Positions 39,560 through 53,980 of a stretch of DNA of 64,000 nt are shown here, one piece after another. The DNA comes from Octopus vulgaris (taxonomy: Eukaryota), in NCBI GenBank assembly GCA_951406725.2, contig OX597820.1, positions 115,754,001 to 115,818,000 on the forward strand, read 5' to 3'. Both the position numbers and the translations under genes were made by a program. Numbering within the stretch: the stretch's first letter is position 1; the number at the start of each line of letters is the position of its first letter. The notes under the pieces were generated by a model. It had not been told where the DNA came from, ran no database searches, and saw only the letters and a list, made by a program, of their open reading frames with translations.

Positions 39560-41460
39560 CAAAGAAATATGTTGGAGCAATGGACAACTCATTTAAGGCC
39601 AGGCTAAATGACCTTCTTTTAGGATCTCAGAGAAGCTCAACATTACCACATTAGCTAGCTATATATGACAACTAAAAGGAGTGAATGCCATATAAAGTTA
39701 GCAGGAAGCTGCTGGAACAACCTGAGTCTGACCTGAATAGAAGCAGACAGTGCAAACTTTACTTAGCTGAAAATACAATGACACAAAAAAATTCACACAA
39801 TCCAGTTGTCTTCCTGAATTCAAAGAGTGAAACGTTTAGCCACTGCCCCTATGACAAAAAATTCATGGTGAAAAAGTGGTTTACTTGTTTGTGGTCTTGA
39901 GAATGGAAAAATCGTATGCAGGCACAGTAGACCCATTTTGACCACAGCTGGAACTGTACAAAGGGAGGTAATTCTTCTTTCCCTTTCAGTATTTTTCACC
40001 ATCAAACTGACCAAGACTGCATATTTGCCTCCATCATAGAGTGACCAATGGTTCCACATCTATAATGCGCTAAACATAATAGACGATTTCTCAGACTCCA
40101 TTAGCCATGGACTTATAACCGCTTCTCAAACTGGAGATAGAAAACCGTTATGGTCATTTAATTTTATAAGCAAAAATATAAATTTTGTTTGAGCCTTAAA
40201 TCGGACGGGTTATTGTACTTAGACCAGTCCAGATCAACAAATTTTTACAGTCCTAAACGACGAAGGGGGATCACCACCCTTAGGTTGGTTCCTGTCCACG
40301 ACTATTTTTTATATGACCCTAATCAACGAACGGGAAATCACACACCTGCATTAGGTAGCGTTTATGATTCAGACAAGGACTGTAGATCTCATTTCTGGAG
40401 TTTGAAATGATCCTATGAGACTCGTTTGACCCAACGACCCTTTTAAACTCCAGAAATGAGATCTACATCCCTTGTCCACATCTTAAACGTTACCTACTGC
40501 TAGTGTGTGATTTCCCGTTCATTGATTAGGGTCATATAAAAAATAGTTGCAGATAGGAACCAACCTAAGGGTGGTAATCTCCCTTCGTCGTTTAGGGCCA
40601 TAAAAATTTGCTGTTTCAGACCGGTCTAAGGGCAGTAACGCGTCCCATTTAAGGCTCAAACAATATATTTTTTGTTCACAAAATTAACTGACTGTAACGG
40701 TTTTCTATCTCCAGTTTGAAAAGAGGTTGTATGTCCGTGGCTATTGCAATCTGAAGAGTCATCTGTTAGGCTTAGCACTTTATAGATGTGTAACCATTGG
40801 TCACTCTATGATGGAGGTAAATATACAATCTTGGTCAGTTTGATGGTGAAAAATACTGAAAGGGAAAGAATTGCCTCCCCTTGTACAGTTCCAGCTTTGG
40901 TCAAAATGGGTCAACTGTGCCTGCATACAACTTTTCCATTCTCAATTCCACAAACAAGTAAACCACTTTTTCAAAATTAGTTTTCTGTCATAGGGGCAGT
41001 GGTTAGATATCTCACTCTTTGAATTCAAGAAAACACCTAGATCATGTGAATATTTTTGTGTCATTGTCCTTTCAGCTAGGTAAAGTTTGCACTGTCTGCT
41101 TCCATTCAGGTAAGAATGTTCTAGCAGCTTCCTGTTAATTTTATATGGCATTCACTCTTTTTAATTGCCATATATAGCTAGCTAATATTGTAATATTGTG
41201 CTTCTCTAAGATCCTAAAAGACCTGTGACTATTTAGCCTGGCCTTAAATGGGTTGTCCATTGCTCCAATATATTTTTGTGTGTGTTTGTGCGTGCGTGTG
41301 TGTATGAGTCCTTTGTTTAATGCTGCTACTTTTGGACACCATCTCTGCTTCATAGATCGCAGCCTCAGTGTTGCATTGACCATTCACAGAGCACTCACTG
41401 CTAGCCCTACATGAGCATCTTGCTTCTATACAGGGTGAGGGATGTTCACTAATATCCTTT
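39560..41460. pseudogene. Inverted pair of decayed Penelope-like GIY-YIG endonuclease 3' ends
   Basis: Minus arm: CSCR..ECSVNGQC..AAIYEA...YIG...FKARLNSH...LASYIWQLK...CKL.L.E...LNSKSE...C. Mirrored on the plus strand at 39560-39900; axis near 40420. Confidence 0.75.
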
Positions 41461-42638
41461 CTGTATGTGAGAGAGAGAGAATGTGTGTATGTGTGCATTG
41501 TCATCATGATCTTTTAAGATTTTTCTTCCATGCTGGTAAGCCCTGGATGGATTGACAGAATTTGATAGGTTGGAGGACTATCTCATACTCAAACAATTGC
41601 TTTGGCATAGTTTCTGTTGTAGGAGGTCCTTCCTATTTCTTTCTTTATTGCCCACAGGGGGCTAAACATAGAGGGGACAAACAAGGACAGACAAAGGGTT
41701 TTAAGCTGATTACATCGACCCCAGTGCATAACTGGTACTTAATTTATCTACTCCGAAAGGATGAAAGGCAAAGTCGACCTCGGGGGGGTTTGAACTCAGA
41801 ACATGACGGCAGATGAAATACCGCTAAGCATTTTGCCCGGCGTGCTAATGGTTCTGCCAGCTCACCACCCTGAGGGAGGCCCTTCCTTTTGCCAACCCCT
41901 TTATATCATATACAGATTGCTTTTTTTCATGGCACCAGCATGAGTGACATCACCAAGCAGCTTGTGAGACTATGATTTCCTTCAAGTGGGTCAGATGAAA
42001 GATGAGAAGGAGGCAGATTAAAGCTTGATGATGACTGGTTAAAATATGAAGGTGTGAGAAAAGGTTTCTTACTCAATGGGAAGTGACATGGCCTTAAATG
42101 AGTTGTCCATTGCTCCAACATATTTCTTTGTGCATATGTGTGTGTGCATGTGTGTACGTGTGCACCTGTGTGTGTGTGGATTGTGAGAAAAGGTTTCTTA
42201 CTCAATGAGAAGGGACATGGCTACTCACACTCTGCAAGAGCAGCTGAAAGTAATCAAAGCGGAGCTGGGAAAAGAGATAAAGATGGCAGTTGTGGTTTGT
42301 AAGGGAGGACCCTGGGAGCAAAAGAACAATAAGGGTGAATGGCTAGAAGATGTAAGGGTATATGAGAAGAGGGGGGGATTGTTGGAGATGGAGTAGGGGT
42401 TGTCATTAATGATGATGATGATGATGATATATATATACATATATATATACACACATCATCATCGTTTAATATCCTCCTTCCATGTTGGCATGGGTTAGAT
42501 GGTTTGACAGGAGCTGGCAAATCAGAAAAATGTGCCTAGTTCTGTCTGCTTTGGTATGGTTTCTACAGCTGGATACTCTTCCTAATGCCAATCACTTTAC
42601 ACACACACACACACATACACATGCATATATATATATAT

Positions 42639-43700
42639 TCTATATATAAAAGGCAGTTTGTCTGTCTGTGTGTCTATCAGGTGGTACCCTCACCCTGACC
42701 ACGGCTTTCAACTGATTCTGATGAAACTTGACACACACATAGCCCAATGTCATAATTCAAAACTAACGCAGCGAAAATTTTGAAAAGTTACCCCAGTTCT
42801 GAAAAAAAATCGATAAATTCGACATGGGGTCGAGAATCTAAGCTTATCATATGCAACACATTTTCTGTTGTAGTTTTTGCAACTTGCAATCGATTTTCAC
42901 CAAACTCGTGGTGAAGCTTAATGTTACCATAAGGAACTTAATTCTGACGTTAGTTTTTCATGCAATACCTTACCATCAGAAAAAATCGATAAAATCATGC
43001 CATTTTGGGAAATCACGTTCAAATTCAAGATGATATATTTTCGACAATATCTTTACCAAAGTGGCAGGAATATTTTTTGAAATTCACAGCGAGCATCATG
43101 TCTGCTCCAAGGAGCTATATGGCCCTTTTGATTCCAATAGGATACCTTATTACTGGAAAAAATCGGTTAATTACATCATAGAGGCGCAATGGCCTAGTGG
43201 TTAGGGCAGCGGACTTGCGGTCGCAGGATCGCGGTTTCGATTCTCAGACCGGGCGTTGTGTGTGTTTATTGAGCGAAAACACCTAAAAGCTCTACGAGGC
43301 TCCAACAGGGGGTGGTGATCCCTGCTGTACTCTTTCACCACAATGGCGGTGCCCCAGCATGGCCACAGCTCAAGAGCTGAAACTGGAAAAACAAACAAAA
43401 CAAAACAAATATGTGGCACACATAGCAAACTGATTTTTCTGCGATATTTTTTGAAAGTTCACATAGATTTTCCCTACACCGATGTTGGACATCAAGTTTG
43501 CATTAAATGTCAAACTAACGACCTTTTGTCAATGCAGTTAACAAGTATTGGGAGAAATCGACAAAACCATATCACTTTGAGACCGACCATGATTATACAA
43601 AATAACGGTTCAATGAGTACAAAAAGGGTAAAAAGGTAAAGGGCATTGGTTATCGACAAAGTTTCTTACATACCCGGGCAACGTCGGGCTATGCTGCTAG
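42639..43700 (+). mobile_element. Non-autonomous Helitron containing a SINE chimera
   Basis: 5' TCTATATATAAA; 3' hairpin cccgggcaacgtcggg followed by CTAG. Confidence 0.8.
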
Positions 43701-44524
43701 TATATATATACAGAAGGTCTGATCAAAAGGTATTGGGACTGGTGCCTTAAAAATAAAACTTCAACACATTTCGATTTGGCATTTCACTACCTTTGAAGTT
43801 GCACATTTTATCCAGCATCTTTTTAATTGATGGAAACATTCCTGGAACTTCTTTGTTCATCACATTCTCTTGGACTTCCTCAATGTCTTAAAAATCTTGT
43901 TGGTGCGAGGGTGGGGTGTCTTCCACTGTGAAGGCTGATCCTTGGTTACGGATCATAGCCATTGACACCTGACACCGTTTGTCACCTGTTATGGCCATTT
44001 TCAAAAGTTTCCATCTTCCTTGACACAATCAAAGAGATCCTTCGCAGCTGTAGCCTGATCTTCATCTTGAGACAACCACTCGCTACACACTTCATTTCCA
44101 AGCACTGCTATAAACAATGGAAATGAGTGAAAATGTTATAACTTAATGTATTCGTGTGGCAGAGTTCAAGGTCAATCTGTGCCAAGTAGTTTCACTCTGC
44201 ATATTTTACCTCTGTTACCATAGAAACAGTCTCACTACTTTTTGATCTATATCATCCTCATCCACATCATTTAATGACTGTTTTCTATGCTGGCATGGGT
44301 GAGACGGTTTGACTGGAGCTGGAAAGCTGCACCAAGCACAAGATGTATATTTTGTCTTGCTTTCTTTGGATGGGTGCCCTGCCTAACATGCCAACCACTT
44401 TATAGAGCATAGTGGGTGCCTTCTACATGTTACTAGCATTGGTGCCTCTTACGTGTCACCAGCACAGGTGCCCTTTTATGTGTCACCAGCACAGGTGCCC
44501 TTTTATGTGTCACCAGCACTGGTC

Positions 44525-44790
44525 AGGTAGATAAACAGACAGACTGACAGAAAGAAAGAAAAATAGATAGACAGATAGTTAGATAGATAGATGGATGGAC
44601 GGAGGGACAGACAAATAGATAGATAGATAGATAGATGGTTAAATAGATAGATAAATAGACAAACAAACAGATAAATAGATTGACAGACAGACAGATAGAT
44701 AAAGAGACAGACAGACAGATAGATAGATAGATAGATAGACAGAGACAGACAGATAGTTAGATAGATAGATAGATAGATAGATAGAGAGAC

Positions 44791-44844
<54 letters not shown>

Positions 44845-45046
44845 ACAGACAGATAGATAAACAGACAGAAAGATATATAGCTAGCTAGCTAGATAGATGG
44901 ATGGATGGATGGACGGAGGGACAGACAGACAGATCGATAGATAGCTAGATAGATGGTTAAATAGATAGATAAATAGACAAACAAACAGATAGATAGATAG
45001 ATAGATAGATTGACAGACAGACATATGGCTAGCTAGACAGACAGAC

Positions 45047-45109
<63 letters not shown>

Positions 45110-45174
45110 CAGACAGATAGATAGATAGATAGATAGATAGATTGACAGACAGACATATGGCTAGCTAGACAGAC

Positions 45175-45205
<31 letters not shown>

Positions 45206-45252
45206 CAGATAGATAGATAGATAGATAGATAGACAGACAGATAGATAGATAA

Positions 45253-45298
<46 letters not shown>

Positions 45299-45300
45299 CA
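44525..45300. repeat. (GATA/GACA)n compound microsatellite
   Basis: About 780 bp of tetranucleotide repeats with internal duplications. Confidence 0.95.
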
Positions 45301-45549
45301 ATATGTACTTCACCAGGCATGAGATAACTTATCAAAAAATTCCTTGCAGTACCGAACAAATAGAGGTTTATTAGTGCTATGACAACAATGTCTGTATGAA
45401 GGAAATAGAACAAGATGCAGGACCCTTGAATTTATCATAAAAAAAGTGGACATGGAAGTTTGTCTGTATGAAAATATACGTGTACGTAGATATATGTGTG
45501 AAAGTGTGTGCGTATGCATGTGTGTGTGCACGCACACATGCATATATGA

Positions 45550-45851
45550 TGTCTTGCAAACAACTTGCACATACAAGTGCTACCAGTCAAAAGCTCCGTA
45601 TACCGGAAGCCAGCAAGTGTATGGGGTCATCAGGAGAAAATGCGCGCCGTTTCGGGGCCTACCTCTCGACGGCATCAATGCGCACCCCCCCCCCCCTCAC
45701 TGATATGAGGCCCCGCTTGCTAGATCAGCTGGTTATCAAATAAAGCTCAATATTCTTCTAGCCATCGCTCATCGTCTCTTTTTAACCAAATCCAGTGGCT
45801 AGCCTTCTCCACTGTAGATTGGATATCAGTCATGGTGGTATTGACTTTACG
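45550..45851 (+). mobile_element. Solo LTR, Gypsy-like (4-bp TSD)
   Basis: TG start, internal AATAAA, ends tttacg (CA in the sister copy), TSD ATGA on both sides. Confidence 0.8.
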
Positions 45852-45893
45852 ATGAGTTAGGCCTAGCGATAACACATATATATATATGCAAGT

Positions 45894-46420
45894 TTGGTTT
45901 CCCTCAAAAAAATGAAAAAAAATGGAAAGATGGTCAGAGTAATAAAATCATTCCACAATGCTAAGATGTTTTCCATGATGAAAAGTGGTTCAGTTGCTGA
46001 TTATTTCCATATAAAGAATGGAACCAAGCAGGGTTCTGTAATGGTCCTTAACTTATTTGCAATCTATTTCTCAGCCTTGCTGCAAACTGCATCCAGGAAT
46101 ATCGATGAAATTGTGCATATCCAATTTAGATCAGATGACAATCCACAACACCCCAGGGCCAGAACCAAAGTCAGGGAACAACTTCTGTGAGAGTTTGCGT
46201 TTGTAGATGGTTGTGCTTTGATAGCACTTTCTCTACAGGACATCCAAGTATCAGTTGACTGTTTTGTTAATTCTGCCAAATTCTTTGGTTAAACCATCAG
46301 CTTGAGGAAGACTGAGGTATTGCACTAACCAGCGCCTGGCCGCCTTAACACGATCCTATTGTCCTAAATGCTGGGCCAAAATTTTGCTACTTAGAAAGCA
46401 TCCTGTCAAACAATATCTCT
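45894..46420 (+). pseudogene. RTE-clade LINE reverse transcriptase fragment
   Basis: IKSFH...NGTKQGSV...LFAIYFSALL...RARTKV, followed by ISLRKTEV with stops. Confidence 0.8.
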
Positions 46421-47214
46421 GAGAAACCATATTAAAATTTGTTGGAAACCATTATGCTTAAAATTTGTATAATTTATTAAGTTCTACTGACTAATTAATG
46501 CTGTTAATGACCTAACACTTGAACTACTATCATTATTTTTAAAATACGGATTTTGTCTTTAGGCGCGTTCTATAAATAAGCTCGTGAAAAGGGCGTAACG
46601 CTTACATATTTTGTAATTAACGAAATAATATAGATTACATTGGGACATAACTACAGATGTGTGTCCTTTCATGCACTTTGTTTCTTTATGACTTTCTGAA
46701 AAATGCATATTTTTTATGAAATTTTCAACAAACATGTGGATTACGATTATGTCTGAATTTGATGTAGAAAAAAAAAAAAAAGATTGAGGTGGGGTCAGAA
46801 AAATCACACACCTAGTCTTTATTTGCTCATACGTTCTAATGGGATGTAGGAATAACCCGATCCCTTTTTGTTTCTCCATTAAAATCCGATATACACTATC
46901 TGAAACTGTATTTAAAAAAAATATTCATTTTCCCGTAAGTTATGAGAAATCAAAGTCGAAGATGGGCAAGGCACACAACTGTACTTATGCCGATTTTATT
47001 TAGCTTTAATAACGTAATTAGCTTATCAAAAACGAATGGTCGTTCTTTTCTGCTCGTTTTTGCACTATTTCGATTCCCTGAAAAGGCAAGTGCTCGAAAA
47101 TCTAATTTGAGTTTCTCGAACTCTCGGGTGTCACTGTGCACGCTTATCTCCCTTGCTGTCAAGCCGCTGACAAGTTGTGTCCCTTTATACTGATTCACTG
47201 CAAACGTGTAGCAG

Positions 47215-47243
47215 CTCTTCCTTGGCTCCTCGCTTCCAACAAA
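47215..47243 (+). promoter_or_regulatory. Candidate TSS and short non-coding first exon (pyrimidine start) of the downstream gene
   Basis: CTCTTCCTT start followed by a strong donor aaa|GTAAGT, in a CpG-retaining, repeat-free region. Confidence 0.4.
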
Positions 47244-48779
47244 GTAAGTCGATTCTTGCACGTTTTTTTCTCATTTTTAAACAAATTCTTTTATCTTAAT
47301 CCAGCCAAAATTAAGTTTTTAAAACTATCTTTGTTCCAAAGTCATAATTCATAAAATTGCTCATGTGAAACTATGCTATCTACATAGAAATATATCTTGA
47401 TGTGTGCAGGAGTTTCCATTTGAATATTAATTTGAAATGGAAATGTGAAGTATTTCAAAATCTAGGTCGAAATTATTATTTGAGAAATTTGCAATATTGT
47501 ATCTTAATTATTGATAATTCGAATACATCGATACGGTTCCTAGCTGTAGTCACGTGTAACTGTTTTATAACCAGAAACTAGAACAGAACAAAAGGGGTTT
47601 AAACCACAAATAATAAAATATTTGTGGTTAATTATTTAGGTTAATTAAGAATATTTAGTTTGTTTCTCAGGTTGGAATTAACTTTTATTGAAAATATTGA
47701 AACTGTTTCAGTAGTTGGTTTGCTCTGAATCGAAAATTATTAAACTTTATATCCTCTCAGATAAGAACTTAATGCAAAAGGCTTTTAAAAAAAACTGATC
47801 TCTCTTTATGAGGCAGCGTTATGATGAGAGAGTCTCTTGACATATTTAGTTACATGGAGAGGTGGAAAGGGTTAGTAGGATGAGAGTTAGGTGGAATTTC
47901 GACAGCTCTCTCTCTCACCGAAACTCTGCCGAATATGGTATTAGATAGGATTGACTGATTTTTAATTAAGCACTTGTTAAAATGACCGTTTAAGTTTAAA
48001 ATTGGAGAATCCAGTGAGGTAGATTTCTAAGCGATCACTCTATCTGCTAGAAATAACAGCCAGATTTCCCCCTCGATGATATCCTATTGTCTTAAAGTAA
48101 GGGAAGTACGTTGAAACGTTGAACTTATCCAGTTTAACAGTAGCAGCTGGTCATTGGATGTCTTTAGCAACATCTATTGTTGCAAATATTCAAAGTGTCT
48201 GATCTGATCTGTCTCTTCCACCATCCTTCCCGCTGTCTCTGAGACCCCATTAAAAAGGTCATGGGCCTGTCCTTCCTCATGTGACTTTAATGAAATAATA
48301 TAAAGACTCCAGTCACGCTGCGTTCTGGCAGAGTCACACAAACTCCTCAATCAGGGATAAACCTGGCAACTAAGAGGCAATCCAGCAAGATCAGTATTTC
48401 TCCATATAGGTGCTGCTTCGAAAATATATGAGCGCCTATAAGCCTAAAAAATTTTAATACGAGAACAATTGAGATAAGTGGATTTTCACAGGACAGTAGT
48501 GATGGGCGGTCTTTATAGACTGAGAGATTAGATTGACTCATATAATAATACTTAGTGCATAATTTTAGGATTGCAACGAGTAAAGTATCAGATCCAACAA
48601 ATTGGGGACGAAGTAGGGGTCCGTTGGTTGGAATTCGTTATTTAAACCTAAGAAACTACTAGCATTCGTGAGCCTTCATAAAACTCTTAAACCAGAATAC
48701 AATAGGAACAAGAACGTCGTTAAATTTTCTCGTGTAACAAAAACTAATGCTTTAAATATCTATATTTAATTTTTTTAAA

Positions 48780-48905
48780 GTATAAAATATGTAATTGTAT
48801 ATAAAAAATATATATATATTGAGCAAAGATATGTAATTGTATATAAAATATATATATTGAGCAAAGATATGTAATTGTATAAAATATATATTGAGCAAAG
48901 ATGAT
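48780..48905. repeat. AT-rich minisatellite, about 35-bp unit
   Basis: tatatattgagcaaagatatgtaattgtat repeated about 3.5 times. Confidence 0.85.
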
Positions 48906-50329
48906 ATTGTTTGATCGAATATAAAGATCAAGTGTACAGCATTCGTGCATTGGCCACTAAACACGTAATCATGTTTTTCACAAAGAATATGTTCAAGTCG
49001 CGACTATATTGGGAGAAACAATATTGTTACACATTATGTGCGTGTCTGTGTGAATGAGTTTGGGTTTATTTTTTTCTTTTTCATTGAGAAAATTTATTGA
49101 AGTTCATGTTTGAAGTATTGTTTGGTTCGGTATTTCTTTTGAATTTCTGGTCTTAACACGAGGGATCGTTACAGAGTCTTCGTTTGCCTGTTTTCGGTGG
49201 TCACTGATCAAACAGACCTACCGTATGTAAGAAATAAATGATTTGCTCTTCCGTCTCAGGTCAACTGGGTAGAGTTATGGTACACGGGTAACCTGCTCGA
49301 CGAAGTATCACTCCAGATCCTCATTTGTATCGTGTTTTCTTATGGCCGAGGACCACATTTCGATATACAGAGCAGAATTACATGTCTATAATAGTCTAGA
49401 CACGTTGCATTACATTCACAGATTCTAGTGAGTGTCACCGTGTCAAGTGGGTGAAGTGGACTTATTTCTTATTCCTCTCTTTGTGTTAGTGTACGATCTT
49501 GTTACAGAATTAGGGTCTACTGAGCTAAATCTGTGCATTACAGCCATATCTGTGCATTATATTCTTTATGCTTGTTTAGGCTGAATGTAGGAAGTAGTGT
49601 TTTAGGATGTTGTAGCAGTCTTTTGGAGGGGTTTCAAGATTTCTTTTTTTGTAGTGACGGACGGGGCTGGTGTTGAAGCTTGCTGTAGAATCATTCTGTG
49701 CCCGTCGCATGTCTAAGAAGTCTTTTAGTTTTAATATTTTGGATCTACTACAGTTTTGCACCACATCTGTTACGTTTTTCGTTTGTCACCTAACAATTCC
49801 GCCTTTTCTACACTTTTCTGCTTCCCGCCCACATGGTTTGACGCTGCCTAACTTCTGTGGCCACTCGACCTGTTAGAAATAGCAGTCATATCTTCCTCAA
49901 AATAGTTCGAGTCACTTTTATTTTACAATTGGCTTCAATTTCCTGTAGAAACTACTCTTCTGCATGTTACCCTCCTGTCATTCTTTGTTGAGCACATGTA
50001 GCAGACTTCATCCGGAGTTGGTGCTACTGTTTAATGAGATTCCTATCACAAATGTTGACACTGTATTAGAACGATATTTAAAAAGTACTCCCAAAACAAG
50101 ACGTCTCAGGCTTTGCATAAGTTGTATATTTTTATATTTCGAATTGTACTTCAATCTGTATCAACACCTAGTTCAAAACCTCCCTGGGGTCCTGCTTCAT
50201 ATTTGGAAACCACGGGAGTTCTTCATAGCTTATATAATTTCTGGGTGTAGCTCTTGTATACAGGTGTCAGGATGAAGCGGAAGTGTGAGAAAGCAGAATT
50301 GTTCCAAAAGGAAACCCATGAGAAGTGAA

Positions 50330-50690
50330 GGAAAGAGACCAGGTGGTCTTACCTTTTGTCCCTGGGTAAGAGGTTGGCACCTCATCTGGGACTCTTTTGC
50401 TCCCTCCCACATCTTGAATACGCGGTAAATGGGAGGGTCACAGCTGCCGTAGCGGAACGGAACAAAACCCTGAAGTATCGGGACCTGGCAATGCACAATC
50501 TCTTTGAACCCGTGGTATGTGAGACGCTTGGAGGGGCTGGACCGCTAACGGTGAAGTCCTTGCCATTGTTGGTAGCTCGCCTTGCCGAAGTGTCAGGTGA
50601 TGCCCACAAGGGTGCTTCGCTGTTCCAACGTCTTAGCCCGCCATCGCCCGTATTAATGCCGCGAGCGTGTTGGCTTGCTTCCGTTGAACC
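50330..50690 (+). pseudogene. CRE-like non-LTR retrotransposon endonuclease C-terminal fragment
   Basis: AAVAERNKTLKYRDL...FEPVVCETLGGAGP...LFQRLS motif pattern. Confidence 0.7.
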
Positions 50691-52058
50691 TTGTGGTATG
50701 CGACCAGTTAAGGCACTCGCTGCTGCGTTGATGTTGCCCCCCCCCCCTTTTTTTTGGCTTTGTTCTTCGTTTGTATAAATTGTACAGCAAATTAAATGTT
50801 TCTTAGAGGTAAAAACAAACAAACGCAAAACCCATGAGGTGAGGTACGAAACTCTCCTGGCGCCATTTTATTTATTGTGGTTTTGTTGTTGAGAGATTGA
50901 GGCCCCAGGTAGAATTGATATAGTTCACGAGGAATCTACCTTTTACTTGTTTCAGTCATAGGAGTATGGCCATGCTAGGGCACCACGTTTAAAATTTTTT
51001 CTCGACCCTAGGATTTATTTTGTTGCCTGGTACTTGTTCCATTGACCTCTTTTGCTGAATCATAAGGTCACGGGGGCATATATATGGGCTTCCACATAGT
51101 TTCCCCTCTACCATATTCACTTAGAAGTCATTGGATGGTAGGTTGCTAGAGTAGAAGACGCCCAACGTGCTGTGTAGTGGGACTGAACTTGAAGCCACGT
51201 GGTTACAAAGCGTGCTCCTTAACCACTGTACACCATCGTTAAGTGTTCCTCTTGATCAAAAGTGGTTCTTGAGATCACTCTTTGTTAGTATGTTTTGATT
51301 TCAGTGTCGTTAATGTGGGGATGCTGTAACTTCTAACTCTTGTTGTCTTTTGTATATCAAGTGTGATGGTTAGATATGATGTCCTCTTGTGCTGCTGGTG
51401 AAGATCTGGTGTATGCAGCTGCTTTAAACCTGTTGTTTTCGGTCCAAGTTTCTTTGTGATCAAAGTATTTTCATAAGTTTGCCCTTAATGTCCATGCTTG
51501 ATTTCAGACTTTTAGTTAACTCTTGAAGTAAAGATTTTTGCCAACATAACATGGCAGTCCTCATTTAGGACGAATGTTGCTGTAATTTAGCCCCAGGAGA
51601 CATCGTCTCCAGCTGGCTATATGACACGATCTTGTCCTTATATTTTCAAACAAGGGAATCTAGCACCCCCACTCAGCTGAAAACAATATCTGTATATCGC
51701 GATTTCTAGGTTATTTTCCTTCATCATCACAGAATAATTGTTCGACTAGAGGTGGTGCTGCCAAATTCCCATTTGGAATATATAGTTTTCAAAGTGACAA
51801 CTAGTCACTGATCTATAAATTAGAAAATTACTATTTTTTAAAATCTCACTACGAGAGAGATTACTCTTTTACTTGTTTCAGTCATTTGACTGCGGCCATG
51901 CTGGAGCACCGCCTTTAGTCGAGCAACTCGACCCCAGGAATTATTCTTAGTAAGCCCAGTACTTATTCTATCGGTCTCTTTTACCGAACCGCTAAGTGAC
52001 GGGGACGTAAACACACCAGCATCGGTTGTCAAGCAATGCTAGGGGGACAAACACATAT

Positions 52059-52107
<49 letters not shown>

Positions 52108-53049
52108 TACGACAGGCTTCTTTCAGTTTCCGTCTATCAAATCCACTCACAAGGCATTGGTCGCCCCGGGGCTGTAGCAGAAGACACTTGCCCAAGATGC
52201 CACGCAGTGGGACTGAACCCGGAACCATGTGGCTGGTTAGCAAGCTACTTACCACACAGCCACTCCTGCGATTAGTTAACCTTTGTTTCATATGTTCTCA
52301 GTGGTATAAAGCCTTCCTTTCATTAGGCCTAAATTACTCTCATCATCATCGTTTAACGTCCACTTTCCTTGCTAGCATGGGTTGGACGATACGACTGAGG
52401 ACTAGCAAACCAGATGGCTGCACCAGGCTCCAATCTGATCTGGCAGAGTTTCTACAGCTGGATTCCCTTCCTAACGCCAACCACTCCAAGAGTGTAGTGG
52501 GTGCTTTTATGCGCCACCGGCACGAGGGCCATTCAGGTGGTACTGGCAACTCTAAGGTTGAAAAAAAAATGGTAATGTGCATCATATACAATGCATAGAC
52601 ACCAACGAAATAAATATGTCCTGTGTATCACATGTGATACAAAGGTCAAGCAAAGGTTCAAATAAGGTTAGTCATTTGTGCTGTAGTGTCTGGATAGAGG
52701 TGGAAGGATGTGAATGTTATTATCCTCTCTGTGTATGGTTGTCTGTATGTTTTGTTGGTGAAAGGATGGATCCATGTCATACTTCATGCAAGAAATTGCA
52801 TAGCCTTGGTCGCCTGACTGGTAGTTGGCTAGCTTGTATTTTGTGTTTCTTGAGTGGACAGTGGTGAGTGGAGTTAAAAGGTTTGTTAAGAGAGGGCACT
52901 AGTTGTGACCCTTTCAGGTCTGAGTGTGGTGGGAGGCTATCCTCAGACTGGAGACCTGAATATGCTTGTTGCAATGGACGCTACTTGAAGACATTCAGGT
53001 GCACTGTTGTGCCCCCTTCTTTGCAGCCACTTTCATCTCATTTGTGTCT

Positions 53050-53980
53050 TTGAGTTGTTGTCCCCCAAAACCAAACAAGTAGAAGTCAGAGAGCACCAGA
53101 TCCAGGCTGTATGGTAGAGGGTGGCGAAGACCATTGATCAATCCAATTTAATGATTGCCTGATTTATTGCCAAAAATGTGAGATTCTTGTTTGGTCTTTT
53201 CTTCCTAATAGTTTCCCTAAGCCTCTTGGATATTTCAGTGCTTCTTTTGCTGTTCACAATGAAGTTACATTCTAGATCCTCCAAGAACATATTGCTATGA
53301 TTTTCTGTGCTAATTGCTGGCTTTTGAACTTCTTATGTCTTGGAGGAAAAATATGACACTATTCCGTAGACTCAACCTTTGTTTCCACAAAATAAATACA
53401 ATCGCATTTCATTCCCTGTCCTCAGATTGTAAAAAAACCTAACCCCATTGACTGCAAATGCAGATCAGAGCAGACTTCTTGCCATCTTTCCTTCAAATGC
53501 CAAGGTAGCCCCCACTTTGCATAGACTTTCCGATGCCCAAAATCTTTCACCATCTTCTGTAATGCATTATGACCACAGTCCGGTTGTGCAGAAAGCTCAT
53601 GGATTGTGACATGTCTCTCTGTGCAAATCAATTTGTCCACTTACAATTTGTGTCAGTGGTTGCAGCTGATGGTCTCCCAGCTGTGTCGCTCGCCTCCAGT
53701 GCTGGCTTCCCCTTCTTTAAACTTCATCCATTTCTGCACATTGGTCTTGTCAATGGTGTCATCTCTGTAAACGGCCTGTTGCCTTTTGTGGATGTCAGGC
53801 AGTCTGCATCCCTCCTTCATGAAGAACTCAATGACTGCTTGCTGCTGCTGCTATTTGGATCCTATTATTTGCTTGCAATGAAGAACAACAGAAAGAAGAG
53901 TTACTGTAGAAGATGAGTTACTCTGCCAACAAATTTGCCATTTGAATGATTTTTGCATTACTTTTAGTTGAACCTCATAT
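53050..53980 (-). pseudogene. Highly degraded mariner transposase
   Basis: LICTERHVTIHELSAQ...GHRKVYAKW resembles the mariner HTH/WVPH linker region. Confidence 0.55.
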
